Below are positions 13,417 to 26,629 of a stretch of 64,000 nt of DNA, piece by piece (the first letter of the stretch is position 1; each line of letters starts with the position of its first letter). The DNA comes from Selaginella moellendorffii. Taxonomy: Eukaryota; Plantae; Lycopodiophyta. Position numbers and translations under genes: made by a program. The stretch spans positions 1,623,471 through 1,687,470 of the forward strand of contig NW_003314285.1 of NCBI RefSeq assembly GCF_000143415.4. Direction: 5' to 3'. The notes beneath the pieces are model-generated. The model worked only from the letters and a program-made list of their open reading frames with translations, was not told where the DNA came from and did no database searches.

Positions 13417-16402
13417 CATATTTCACAGTCAAAAGGTGGCACACCATCTTCACTTTGGAAAACTATTGCAACATCATTAGTTTGTGGAGTATTATATTGA
13501 TGGTCTATGCCTTCATTTTTAATGAGCATATATACTCCACGTAAATTGCTACCAGAAGTAATAATTCTTGAAATATTTTCTCATTCCAATACATACATCA
13601 TTCTAAAAGCTTGTGCATATGGATTAATATGTAGAAGTATCATATCTAGTTGAAATAGTAAATTATAATCACAGTTAATGTTAAAAGGGTTTTGTTTTCT
13701 GATATCAGTAGCCTCAATGTACAATTGACTGTAACTTGGATTTTGATGTATTGAAGGATGTTGTGGCATAATTTTGTGATAGATTTGTCTATGAATTCTA
13801 TAGTAGTATGGACCATGACCCATAAAAGTATCAATGCTAGCTCCCATAGATGCAAAAGCAAGTGCACTATTATATTGTCTTATATTACTCTTGAAATTAG
13901 AGTGTTTGTGTGAGTTATATATAGATTACAGAAAAGGTGGTAATGGAATTATTGGAGGCAGGTAGACCTGTCCACTCTAGTAACAAATAGACTTGTTCTC
14001 ATCAGCAAAGTGTGAGGCATGACAATTCTTACAAATATATGATAAGGGACCTATATTCATTGTCAAAATAGATGTATCAATATATAGGTAATTGCTAGCA
14101 AGTGTGCTGCGAATCTGAGGTGAAGGAGGCAAATAAGAATTGGCTGTTTAGTGTGATTAATACTCTGAAGAATTATTAAGATTTTTTTTATGTCGATACA
14201 CCATAGCCTCTTGAATATTACTGTTGTAAAAGCTATATATATGCTGGTGCTGGTTAGTGTGGAATGTGTATGTTTGTGTCGAACAGCATTCAATACATGT
14301 TGAAGGCGCGACATTATTTTCAACAGTTTCTTTTGGAAATGGAGATCAATTATTAGCGCAGATAGAAAGCAAAACATTTTTATTGAGAGATATGGACAGG
14401 CATAAAAACTAACCTTTTCGATGCAATCGGGTGTTGCCAAAAGAGCAGATTGATGTGTGTTACCTGATACAGTGTCTTTTTGCAAGACTTACATTTTTGC
14501 TACCTCACTACGAATGCCATGTTTCCTCCACCAAATTGGAATCTGCGAGGTGCATGCTCCAATTGATCAGCCCAGGAATTCGTGGAGCAGTGCGGCACCT
14601 CAGATCTGTGAGCTTGAATGGAGGATCATCCTGTTGTGTGGAGGCCCAAGAGGAGAAAACCCTAGCCCCGGTATGAATGCCGGGAACGTGGAGTCTTGCT
14701 GGTTGTTGGGTCCAGCTCATCATTCCTTCCACGTTACATTATAATAAGGACTTTTTCAGTGCGTTTTCAGCGAGTGGAATCTTTCCCAAAGATCAAAAAC
14801 TTTGCTGCTCAAACTGTAAAAACACAGAGTTTTTGGTTGATCAAATCATCCAGCAACAAAAAGAAAACTTCAAAGCTCTTGTGATCTTCTGAAAACTTCC
14901 AAACTCTCTTGTGATCATCTCCAAGCATTGGAAATCTTCCAAGCTCTTGTCAACATCGTATGCATGGAGTAGCGGATTTCCACTCTTCTTCTTTTCCAGC
15001 TTCACGGACCCCAAGATGTAATGAAGCTGTGAGGATTGCCAACGAATCTCGTCTGTCCATCCTGCTCGCTCCCGTCTGTCCATCTTGCTCGCTCCCGTCT
15101 GTCCATCCTGCTCGCTCCCTCGGCAAGTTTGGCAGCCATATACACCAGTCCATTGCTTGCTTGCTTGCTTGGAAGAGTCACTCCAAAACCTGAAACAAAT
15201 AAAGGTGCATCGGTACTGCCACGAAAGGAAACTATAAAAAATATGAACAAAGGAGACATGAAAAAGGAAGAGAGAAAATACCATGGGAATATGTGGCCAC
15301 CAATTCATTGTGAACAGGAACACTAAACTCTGATTCCATTCAGCCACAGGGATCTGTCTCACAAAATTATTGCAGGTGGCCCAGGCATTACTATTTACTT
15401 GTGTATGGAATGAAGATGGTTGCAAGACGGAAGTAAGCAGTCAAAGCTTCCAGGGCATGATTGGCTCTCTGTCGTCTTGAACATGGGTTGCTCGCTCAGC
15501 TCTCATCCAAAAGTTTTTGCAAGAAAAAATTGAGCAAAGCGGTTGCCAAGCTTTCCGGGGACCTGTTTAGTGAATAAAACAAAGCACGTGTTATCAAGTG
15601 GAGCAATAATGCTTTGCTTACTGCGTGAGTTTGGGCTCCTTGTCCCATCGCACCACTGTTGTGTCTGTTGTGTGGGTGAGTGATGGAACGATGTACCACT
15701 TACTTGTTGTGCGCTCTAGAGCTGACCACTCACTTTACAATTACGTGCATTCCCTGGAAGAATAGACTTGTCAGCAAAAACGATGGTATGTTTGGGTAAG
15801 CTTACCACTGTTGTCTTGTTGGGATCATCTATGGCTTTCCTTGGGTCGTCAACACTTTTGTACATGATGAAAGCGAATCCCCTGCTGGATCAAAAATAGG
15901 AATTCCCGTGCCTCACCTCCACACCTCCAGGCTTTGCCACGCCCTTGCTCGCCATCCATTCCAGAAAAATCCTTGGCCGCTGCTTCCCTGTCTATGCCTC
16001 CGGCCACGCCTTTGCAGCTGCTTGTCGCCAAAATCCTGCTCGGACGATTTGGGCTCCTTCTGCTGGAAAAGGGAATGCAATATTGCCGAGTGATCCCCTG
16101 TCCTTGTTGCTGCTGGGCAGTAGTGCCCCCTCTCCTGCTTCCCCTGGAAACCCCGTGGCTGGGAGGAGCCGTGGTGAAAAAAAGAGAGCTTTACCAGGCA
16201 AGTAGACGGGTGGTGCTCACACCTCCTCCCCCGGCCGGGGCTGTGCCACGTGCCCACTGGCTGGCCCAAAACCTCACAAAAATATTTCAAAAGGACGTGC
16301 GGTAAGAAACTGATATTTACCGGTTTACCCCGCATCCGATGGCACCGATTGGCCAGATCCGGTGGCCCACAAAGTTTGGCATTTGCTCCTTATAGTACTA
16401 GA
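13417..16402 (-). mobile_element. Helitron B, 3'-truncated
   Basis: 5' end TCTAGTACTATAAGGAGC on the minus strand at 16402. Colinear with Helitron A 19997-22390. Encodes the Rep N-terminal fragment MGASID..GHGPY.YRIH.QIYH. Confidence 0.85.
15051..15119. repeat. Tandem repeat, 3 x 23 bp (gtctgtccatcYtgctcgctccc)
   Basis: Directly visible; only one unit is present at the homologous site in Helitron A (~21340). Confidence 0.85.
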
Positions 16403-16639
16403 CTAGACTAGACTAGACTAGTATTTGCCCAGCCAATGCTGGGTAGTTGACAAAGCCTCTCAAACTTATTAACATATCTTTGTAACAAAATTTGCTCACA
16501 TCTTATAATGTCCTTGTGAGATGATTCTTTTTAGCACTGGTCCATTGCTATCCATTGGGCCATTTTTAAGGTGTATAAGGACAGGAGTTATTTAATATAA
16601 AGCTTCTTTATATATAGTATTGATGGTGAATGTTGATGA

Positions 16640-19600
16640 ATTGAATGGAATTAAGTGGCCTTATATATGAGTTGTGTCAACTCGAATTATAAGTTGTTGT
16701 GGTGATGTGCATCTTGAGAGTGCAACATAGAGCTACCCATGGGTAAAAACTGGTTGGGGTAAGTAGATGCTTACATGATCAAATGTTTAACCTTGGCATT
16801 TTGAAATTGTTAAGCAGTATCCAAGATGAAGAGGAAATTGTTTTTGAGACATATGGAATGGAACATTTGAATCAGAGGGTGTTAAGTTAATGCGTGGGAT
16901 AAAAGTTCTAGTACCTTTAAATTCACCTGTAATTATTTTACAGTCCAACACTTTAGGTGAAGTTCTTTTGACCATTAGTCGAGTTCCATGGCATAATCCA
17001 ATTGTTGGAGACATATTTCTCAAAAGAATAACTATACAACCTTCTTTTAGTATCAATTTGTGTAGTGGTAGTCCAGAGGGAGTGATAGAATTTAGAAATT
17101 CAATTGGGAAATCTTCAAGGTGTTCAACATTAACAGAGTCAATGCTAGTATAAATTTGAGGTGGACCTAGTAATTGAGAGATGATGTTGTTGTTAATTGG
17201 ATCATTGAAAGGTGTTAAAATGACTCTATTTGCTGCAATTTGAACATTTGAAATATCTTCGATACATGGGAACACGAAATCAGCAATAGAGGTATTTCTA
17301 ATTAGTTCTGAAGGAAGAAGGATAGAATCAAGTGGTAAAATAGAGTTTTATGTGTAATTATTTCCATCACCAACTTTCAATAGCCATTCTGCCCAGTCTA
17401 GGAACTTGGGGCCAAGCTGCATATTTGTTTGCAATTGATACTTTCTAAATAGATTCCATAGACTATTTATTCTTACAGATGTGAAAACAATCTGTGTTCG
17501 ATGATTGTGTGGTACAACTGGTAATGTTTGACGAAAGTCACCACTTGTAACAATAACAATGCCACCAAATGGAGAACTGTTTTGTTTCAAGTCTCATAGG
17601 CAGCAGTCGACAGTTGAAAAGGCAAGTGTATGAACCATATTAATTTCATCCCAAATAAGCACTTGTATTTCTTTCATAGATCTACCAGCACTGTTATTAG
17701 GTGTTAAACCAGAAACGAATGTATCATTAATTGGAACTGGTAACTTAAAGGTTGTATGGGACATTTGTCCATTGTATAGTAGTGTGCTTGCAATGCCCGT
17801 CCATGCCATACAAACCACTTTTTTTTATTGTAGAACTCAAAATATTTTACCATTGTATTTAATAAATGTGTTTTGCCAGTACCACCAGGGCCATCAATAA
17901 AAATAAAACGGTTGGTATCGGTTGAGCATTTGATGATGTTAACAATTTCATTGAATATAGCTAATTGTTCAGTATTCAAGTTTCTAATATAATGGTAAAT
18001 TTCTGTATGTGAATGGTTGCAATTTGGTATTGGTTGAATAGAGGTATTTAAGATTGGGATAGGTAAATTGTATGATTGGTTTGTTTTACCATGTATTTTC
18101 ATTCTTGAGTTAATGTCTATTAGAGCAAGTTTATATTGATATAGAATATTTGTTCTACCAAAATCTTTAGAGAGCTGATCTTTAAAAACATCCCAAAGAT
18201 ATGGTGGGTCTTGTGGATTGCAATAAATACATATGAAAGTAAAGAGTTGATGCAATTGTGTAAGCATTTGAAAATTACATGCTTCTTGTAAACAATTATA
18301 CCACTCATTATCATCGTCAAGAAAACCCATAGCAACAACAGCTTGTTGAAAGCTTTGGTAAATTACATCATTAATTGTTTTAATATTGTTGAAGAATGTC
18401 ACTCCTCTTTTGTGAAGAAGAATAATACATAAGTGGTACAACTCAGTATTTAGAGGAGATACTGTGTATAGTGGAGGAATAACCTTTTTCTTTTTTTGAC
18501 ATTGCCATATATTAGCAGATTTATTGAAAACATAATGTAAAAGTATTTCAACGTAGGTATATTGTCTTGCATTCAGATCATGAATATTGAGTTCGAACAA
18601 TTTTATTAGCATTGTTCCATTATGTGCTGCTCTTTGCAAGGCATTGTGCTCCGAGCCTTCTGTAAAATACACATTTTGGAAGTCAGGAAGATGTACAGGT
18701 AGACGTATTATAAGGTGTGAGCATCCATGCATTTTAAATTTAAATATCCTCCAAATAGCTTTTGGTGCTGAAATGTATCGGGTATTTATAAAATTCATGA
18801 TTTCATCCCAGTTTAATATGTTTTCAGACTAAGTAGCTGTTTGGATTTGAATGGTTGCACAATCATATCCTTTATAAACATATTGAAAAAGATACTTAAT
18901 ACTTTTAATTGATGCACATATTTCTACATTTATATAGGCTTTGTATTTTTTACATAAATATTTATTATATGGGACGATCCATCTATTATCAATTGGAACA
19001 TCATTTTTAAGGAAGGTGCGACCATTGTTCGGCCTAAAATATTCTGGGTACCCATCCATATAATATATAGTTTTGTCATTGAAGTTTTTGGGATAGTTTT
19101 TGGAGCATTTTTTGTTTTCTATACATGGACTTTGAGGATTTAGTAATCCACATGGACCATGTATCATATGTGATGTGATTATTTCAAATAGTTCAGGCTT
19201 TGATAAAGGGTCAAGTAATTGAGCAAATACATATTGGTCAATAGTGTCACGGTCTTTAATTTTACTTTCATTATCTAATATGCCTAGGAAATGACAATGT
19301 GGCAAACCTCTTTTTTGGAACTCAATGACATTTATAAATGCAATACATCTTCCAAAGATATTATTTTGTGTAATATCATGGAGAAAATATTTTCGCTTCA
19401 TGTTAAAAACCCTAGCAACTATATCAGGTCGGTCTTCAGGTCCTTCATTAGGGTGCAGATTTTGTAATATCTCAAGCCATTTAGGGTTGCAAGTAAAAGT
19501 TATGAAAATATCAAGTTTTGAGTATTTTGTTACAATTGCCATAGCATCTTGGTAATTTTGTTGTATAGCTCTTGGGCTTCTTGTAAAAGTAGAAAGTAAA

Positions 19601-20723
19601 ATAACAATTTTTCCTAGTCGAGCATTTGCATCAGCAACTTTGCCAGCAACATAATCCATCAAACCTATATAAAAATCAACTGTCATATTTTTTTGATTAG
19701 ATCTATAGTATTGTAAATTGTTGCTTTCAATTTTAACATAGGCATTTACAATTTATTGTTGGGTGAGTTTTCCAGCATGTAAAATTTGGTCATATGTAAC
19801 TGTAGAGGTTGATAATGTTGAATCTCTTTTGGACAAACGATAAGCATAATATTGAGGGAGTGTTACATGCTTGTTAGAAGAAAGCTTGTCATGCTAGGCT
19901 CTATCTCCATGTGGAAAAAGCAATGGATAAACCATAGGATTGCAATTAGCATTTAAAATAGATATATGTTGTGGTTCTGATGATTTTGGATGAATGCATA
20001 TTTCACGGTCAAAAGGTGGCACACCATCTTCACTTTGGAAAACTATTGCAACATCATTAGTTTGTGGAGTATTATATCAACGATGGTCTGTGCCTTCATT
20101 TTTAATGAGCATATAAACTCCACGTAAATTGCTACCAGAAGTAATAGTTCTTGAAATATTTTCTCGCTCCAATTCATACATCATTCTAAAAGCTTGTGCA
20201 TATGGATTAATATGTCGAAGTATCGTATCTAGTTGAAACAGTAAATTATAATCACATTTAATGTTAAAAGGGTTTTGTTTTCTGATATCAATAGCCTCAT
20301 TGGAGTCTAGCATGTACAATTGATTGTAACTTGGATTTTGATGTATTGAAGGATGTTGTGGCATAATTTTGTGATAGATTTGTCCATGAATTCTATAGCA
20401 ATATGGACCATGACCCGTAAAAGTATCAATGCTAGCTCCCATAGATGCGAAAGCAAGTGCACTATTATAGTCTTATATTACTCTTGAAATTAGAGTGTTT
20501 CTGTGAGTTATACAGAATACAGAAAAGGTGGTAATGGAAGTATTGGAGGTAGGTAGACCTGTCCACTCTTGCAACAAATAGACTTGTTCTCATCGGCAAA
20601 GTGTGAGGCATGACAATACTTACAAATATATGATAAGCGACCTATATTCATTGTCAAAACAGATGTATCATTATATAGGTAATTGCTAGCAAGTGTGCTG
20701 CGAATTTGAGGTGAAGGGGGCAA
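16640..20723 (-). pseudogene. Helitron Rep/Pif1-like helicase (RepHel), fragmented
   Basis: Rep motifs DIFITFTCNPKW and IEFQKRGLPHCH; helicase motifs FIDGPGGTGKT, LIWDE, GDFRQTLPV, QFPLHLGYCLTISKCQG; multiple stops and frameshifts. Confidence 0.95.
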
Positions 20724-22401
20724 ATAGGAATTGGAAATTGATTGCTGTTCAATGTGATTATTAAGATTTGTTTGATGTCGATACTCTGTAGCCTCTTGAA
20801 TATTACTGTTGTAAAAGCTATATGTATGCTGGCACTGGTTAGTGTCTTGAACGTTATCACTGTACGTGGAATGTGTATGTCTGTGTCGAATAGCATTCAG
20901 TTATGTCGAAGGCGCGACATTATTTTCAACAGTTTCTTTTGAAAATGGAGATCAATTATTAGCGCAGATAGAAAGGAAAAGATTTTTACTGAGGGTATGG
21001 ACAGGCATAAAAACTAACCTTTTCAATGCAATTGGGTGTTGCCAAAAAAGAGCAGATTGATGTGTGTTACCTAATACAGTGTCTTCTCGCAAGACTTACA
21101 TTTTTGCTACCTCACTGTGAGCACCATGTTTTGTCCACTAAATTGGGATCTACAAGGCACACGCTCCAATTGATCAGCCCAGGAATTTGTGGAGCAGCGC
21201 AGTGCCTTAGATCTGCGAGCTCGAATGGAGGATCATCCCGTCGTGTGGGTTTCCACTCTTCTTCTTTTCCAGCTTCACAGACCCCAAGACGTAACGAAGC
21301 CTTAAGGATTGCCAACGAATCTCCATCACCATGAAGCATCTGTCCATCCTGCTCACTCCCTCGGCGAGTTTGGCAGCCATATCCACCAGTCCATCACTTG
21401 CTTGCTTGCTTGGAAGAGTCACTCCAAAACCTGAAACAAATAAAGGTGCATCAGTACTGCCACAAAACGAAACTATAAAAAATACGAACAAAGAAGAGGA
21501 AGAGAGAAACTACACTGGGAATATGTGGCCACCAATTCGTTGTGAACAAGAACACTAAACTCTGATTCCATTCAGCCACAAAGATCTGTCTCACAAAATT
21601 ATTTCAGGTGGCCTAGGCATTATTGCTTACTTGGTCATGTGAATTATTTTCCTCCCAGTCCCCCAGCTGAGAGAATGCTTCTTCTCATTTTTTCTCCTTT
21701 CCTTGTATGGAATGAAGATGGTTGCAAGATGGAAGTAAGCAGTCAAAGCTTGCAGGGCATGATTGGCTCTCCGTTGTCTTGAACATGGCTCGCTCACTCG
21801 GCTCTCATCCAAAAGTTTTTGCGATTAAAAATCGAGCAAAGCGGCTGCCAAGCTTTCCAAGGACCTGTTCAGCGAATAAAACAATGATGCTTTGCTTATT
21901 GTGTGAGTTTGTGCTCGCTGTCCCATGCACCACTGTTGTGTCTGTTGTGTGGGTGAGTGATGGATCAAACTGAATCCCCTGCTGGATCAAAAATAGGAAT
22001 TCCCGTGCCTCACCTCCACACCTCCAGGCTGTGCCATGCCCTTGCTCGCCATCCGTTCCAACAAATCCCTGGCCGCTGCTTCCCTGTCGATGCCTCTGGC
22101 CATGCCATTGCAACTACTCATTGCCATTGTGCTCCTTCTGCTGGAAAAGGGAATGCAGCATTGCCAAGCAATCCCCTGTCCTTGCCGTTGCTGGGCAGCA
22201 GTGCCCCCTCTCCCACTTCCCTTGGAAACCCCGTGGTTGGGAGGAGCTGTGGTGAAAAAAAAGAGAGCTTTACCAGGCAAGTAGACAAGTGTCACTCACA
22301 CCCTCCTCCCCCGGCCGGGGCCATGTTGCGCGCCCACTGGCCGGCCCAAAACCTCGCAAAAATATTTCAAAAGGACGTGCGGTAAGAAACCGATCCCACA
22401 T

Positions 22402-22578
22402 CCGAGCTGGTGTGCCAATGGAAGTTATGGGTCTCATGCTAGGTGATTTTGTGGATGAGTACACTGTCTGGGTCATCAATGTTTTCACGATGCCGCAGAA
22501 TGGCACTGGTGTCAGCATGGAGGCTGTTGATCTAGTTTTCCAGACCAAGATGATGGATATGCTTAAACAAATAGGAAG
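22402..22578 (+). pseudogene. RPN11: Helitron-captured exon of 26S proteasome deubiquitinase RPN11 (PSMD14)
   Basis: [59 protein letters not shown] followed by a GT donor; flanking exons are absent. Confidence 0.92.
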
Positions 22579-22838
22579 GTTCTTATCACATTTTTCTTTT
22601 CTGCAAGAGAAATATGAAATAGTGTTTAATATGTGGTGGAGGCAGTTTTGCTACATTTTAAAGAAGTCACTAAGATGATTGGCATGCCTGCTTTGGCGGA
22701 GATTCTTGCAAGAGACTTTGAAGTTGTAATAATACAATTGATCCCAAGTACAACTATGTAGCAAGCTTATAGATAGTATATTGTACAAACAGAAAAGAAA
22801 AGCACACTGTGGAACAGGAAATGAAAGTGTATAGTACT

Positions 22839-23800
22839 TTAATCAGCCTTGAATGCAATAACTTTTGGCGAGCTCTCATGGGCACCAGTTGAGAATAAGA
22901 AGTGGCCTGTTGGTGGCTTCTTTGTCTCCAAAAGCTTGATTACCCCAGGCATCCATGCAGAAGTGAACATTCTTAGAAACTGGCTAGGACTAAGACTATA
23001 TGCTTGGTCTATATAAGTGTCTTCCATGCAAACATCTTGGGGGTGGCCATTATCTGGATAGAATTTGCCGTGGACCCACAAAGTTTGAAAAAACGGTTGT
23101 TCATTCTTGCAATAGTGACACCAACCAATATCTTGTGTTTGTTTCTCGACCTTGAACTTTTTGCAAACATGGCAGCCGCAACAAACAAAGATCACTCGAG
23201 GATTTTCAGGGATAAAGTAGCCATGCACCTATTGATAAAACATGCATCATGAACCACTGGTAAAGATCAAGAAAGACATACCCCAAAGAAGTTTTTTCCC
23301 GTATATGAATGAAACATAGTGTAGCTGTTTCTGTATGTGGTCCCAAGGCGTATCATCAGGAATTTTCAAGACAATAGTCGAGGGTGCAATCCTGAACACA
23401 TTTTTATCTTTAGTTCCTCAGAGATTATAGAAAATATGACTTGGCATATCCCCAGCAAACCATGATGATTTGAGCTCATGATAGACATGGTCCATATCAC
23501 CCAGCACATGCACCTGTTTTTGAAGTTCACCCAAAAAATTCAATCAAAATATTAGAAATACCTTATAGGTGTTTTCAGCTTCAAGATCATCAGCAATGAA
23601 TATGATGTTTATAGTGTTAGGCGTTTGATCCACACCGGTGATTGCCGCAGCAACTGTTGCAGAAGCATAAGCAAAAGCATCCCCTGCAAACTAATTTAGT
23701 GGAACAATGTCTAATGGCCTGACAAAGTCAAGCATTGGAGGAGCCTTCTCTGGCCATGCTCGAACATGTGTGGCCGTAGAAATATCTACCGAGAGACGAT
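22839..23800 (-). pseudogene. Helitron-borne RPA70-like (OB-fold/C4 zinc) ssDNA-binding protein, intron-containing
   Basis: VCCGCHVCKKFKVEK...GWCHYCKNEQ resembles the RPA1 C-terminal zinc motif. Same strand as RepHel; plant Helitrons are known to carry RPA-like genes. Confidence 0.55.
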
Positions 23801-25616
23801 GGAGCCATTGTGCGGCAGTGTGAGGTTGAAAACTTTGTTGAGATCCAGCCCCATCATCTTCTCTTTGATTGACAGAGATGGAGGTTGACCGCGGTGTTCT
23901 TCAAGTATGTGCGAGTTGGAAGAGCTCTCGCTGTGATGCGGGCTGGCAAATGGACTCTTGGGAAGGTTCTGTCCATTCCCATTGGCGCTGCTAGAAGTTT
24001 CCAAAGTGAGCAATCAAGTTCTATCATATGACTGTGATGTAAGCATCATCAGGAAGTGGATGAAGAGCTTCACTCTCATCGCGACCTTCGCCCTCCAGCA
24101 CGTCCATGACAAATCCGAAGGGATTGCTCGACTGGAACTGCTACATATCTGCTCGATCATTTCGAATTCTTAGCGCCAGAGAAGATCCAAACAATCTTGT
24201 AGATGCGATTGCAGATGTAGATGTTGTCAGGCTTCACGTCCAGGTGAGCAAGGCTGTGCCGAGTGAATGTGCTTCAAAGCGTTTAAGAGCTTAAATTGCC
24301 TCGACAGTGGAGTAAGAATGAAGATCATACAAATTCTACGCACCATAAATACCTTGATTTGATGAAACTCCACATGTTAACGCGATGAAGAGCCAAAAGC
24401 GGAGACACATAGTGTATGAGAATACCAAAGTTATGAAAGAAGAATCACAAATAACAACTTGTGATGGGGTTCTTAGGAGCAAAGACACCAGCGTTGACAC
24501 AGCACCTCCGATTTGGATCGCAAATCGGCATCAACGGCAAAACCAATTCGCTTGACAGGCCACAACGGTCATGTGACACGCGTCACCAGGCCTTCCTCTC
24601 TTGCCACACACGGCTTGGCTGCCTCCCATTGGCCCGATTATTTGCTAACATGTGGTTAAAGAAATAACCCCTTTACAGTTACCCCCCCATCGGACAGCCC
24701 CGATTGGCCAGATCTGGCGGCCCAGAAAGTTTGGCGTTTGCTTCTTATAGTAGTAGATTAGTCTTAAGTGATAAGTATGCTAGTTTTTGCTTTGGGAGGA
24801 TATGGATATACTATTGTAATATAGAAATCATGTATTATTTTAATTTTGGGAGTGAGAGTTATTAGTAAACATATATTAGAGCGGAATTTAAATTAAAAAA
24901 GAGTAACATATTATTTCTCACAGATAATCCATTTGAAACTATAATTATATAATATAATAATTATTGAGACATCTTAAAATACATAAGTTCAGAATTGTAA
25001 TAAATTATAATAATTTTTTATGTGTTGCATGCAGTAATGCTTGGTTTGCTTAATAGTAGTGTTATTCCTATTTATTAATCCAATTGATAAAAATTTTATA
25101 ATTATAAACATGTTTATAATTTATAAACACATGATTAATCTTATTAAATATCAAGATGGTAGAATACTAGAATATACTAGAAATTGTTTACAAAAGCTTA
25201 TAAATTATAAACATCTTTATAAATTTTAAATACAAGATTAATCTAAATGAATAACACTTAAGTGGTAGAATATCCTAAAATATTCTAGGTATATCCACTA
25301 CCACCCCACTTTCTCTATAGCGTTGCTTAAGCAAACCAAAAAACATCATTCATTTGTATTTTGCTAACATATTACAAATGTTAACACAATTTTAGGCATG
25401 TAGTATGCCTACTATTGTTTTAGAGTGACAAAAAATACAAATTTCACGTGTCAAGTATAGAGGGAATTTATAATTATTGAACAAAATAATTCTTTTTGGA
25501 AGTATTAGTAATTAGTGTCAGATTTATATTATTTAAAGATAAATTTATACTTAAAATTAAATTAAATATCTTGAAATTACTAAGCTAGTTATATATTATT
25601 ACTCTATTTTTTCTTC

Positions 25617-26021
25617 ATGGGTTTTAATACCTGGTTCTATCTTTTATTTTTATTTATTATATATCAGTGTAAGTATAATATTTTGAAATTAATCCTTAAT
25701 TAATAACTTCTTTATACAGTAACAATCATTGAAGGAGAAGATAATTTTAATTGGGCTCCAGATATGAAATTTGCTCTTGCAAATTGTAATGTTTATAAAG
25801 CAAATGTTATTTTATGGAGAAAAGGTAATGAATTTGCTTACTTTGATTATAATACACTATCAGCAGAAAAGTGCTCTAAAATAATAAATAATGTACCATT
25901 TGATGGTGTATCTTTTATTGGTAATGGTCATTTTAAAACTAAAGGTTGGTATGGATGGCAAAATTTGGCATTTGATGGTGATTATTCACATGATGGTTAT
26001 GATGATGTAGTATTTCAGTAG
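25617..26021 (+). CDS. Small secreted protein A, intact copy (117 aa; exons 25617-25668 and 25720-26021)
   Basis: A 51-nt GTAAGT...ACAG phase-1 intron joins MGFNTWFYLLFLFIIYQ in frame to LTIIEGEDNFNWAPDMKFALANCNVYK...GWYGWQNLAFDGDYSHDGYDDVVFQ*. Hydrophobic N-terminus. Confidence 0.7.
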
Positions 26022-26588
26022 AGAAGAAGGTAATATAAGCATTATATGAGATTTATATTAATTAAAAAATGTTGTAGTGATGTTATAAATAAAAGCATTT
26101 AAAGTTATAAAACAAAAAATGGTATGGACAATTGAAACAGTTAAAACTTGTATTTACTTTTGATAAATTCATAGTTAAGAAGCAATAAATCATAGAAAAA
26201 ATCCAATATTGAATGAGACAAAGATATATAAAGATATATATTAAAAACTAAACATGTATTTGTACTTTTTTTTGTTTTGTTTATTTTTAATGTTATCAGT
26301 ATTAATTCTTGACATATAATAATTTTTAATAAATTTGTATAAGAATTTTATGAATAAGACCAATGTATGGTTTAGTATAACAACCACATTCAAACCCCTA
26401 AAAGCTGCCCTTAATTGTTTTTTCAAGTCTGGCTGAATCAATCAATCCTTTTCTCTTTCTTAGACTCATCAGGCAATTGACATTGTTTTCAGCTTTTTAA
26501 AAATGTAGACATTTGGAATTTACCACAATAGTGAAGTGTTTGATTTGTATTGGAAAAAATTTACAAAATTTAAAAACAACATTAATTG

Positions 26589-26590
<2 letters not shown>

Positions 26591-26626
<36 letters not shown>
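26591..26626. repeat. (AT)n microsatellite
   Basis: ~18 AT units, versus ~4 at the homologous sites in the other two repeat units. Confidence 0.95.

Positions 26627-26629
<3 letters not shown>

Larger units (their letters stand above)
16418..24757 (-). mobile_element. Helitron A, full length (~8.3 kb), decayed autonomous element
   Basis: 5' TC end (TCTACTACTATAAG) at 24757; 3' hairpin CCCAGC-attg-GCTGGG (16428-16443) followed by CTAG (16418-16421). The 5' flank matches the empty site at 9089/9090 (A^T on minus). Confidence 0.93.
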
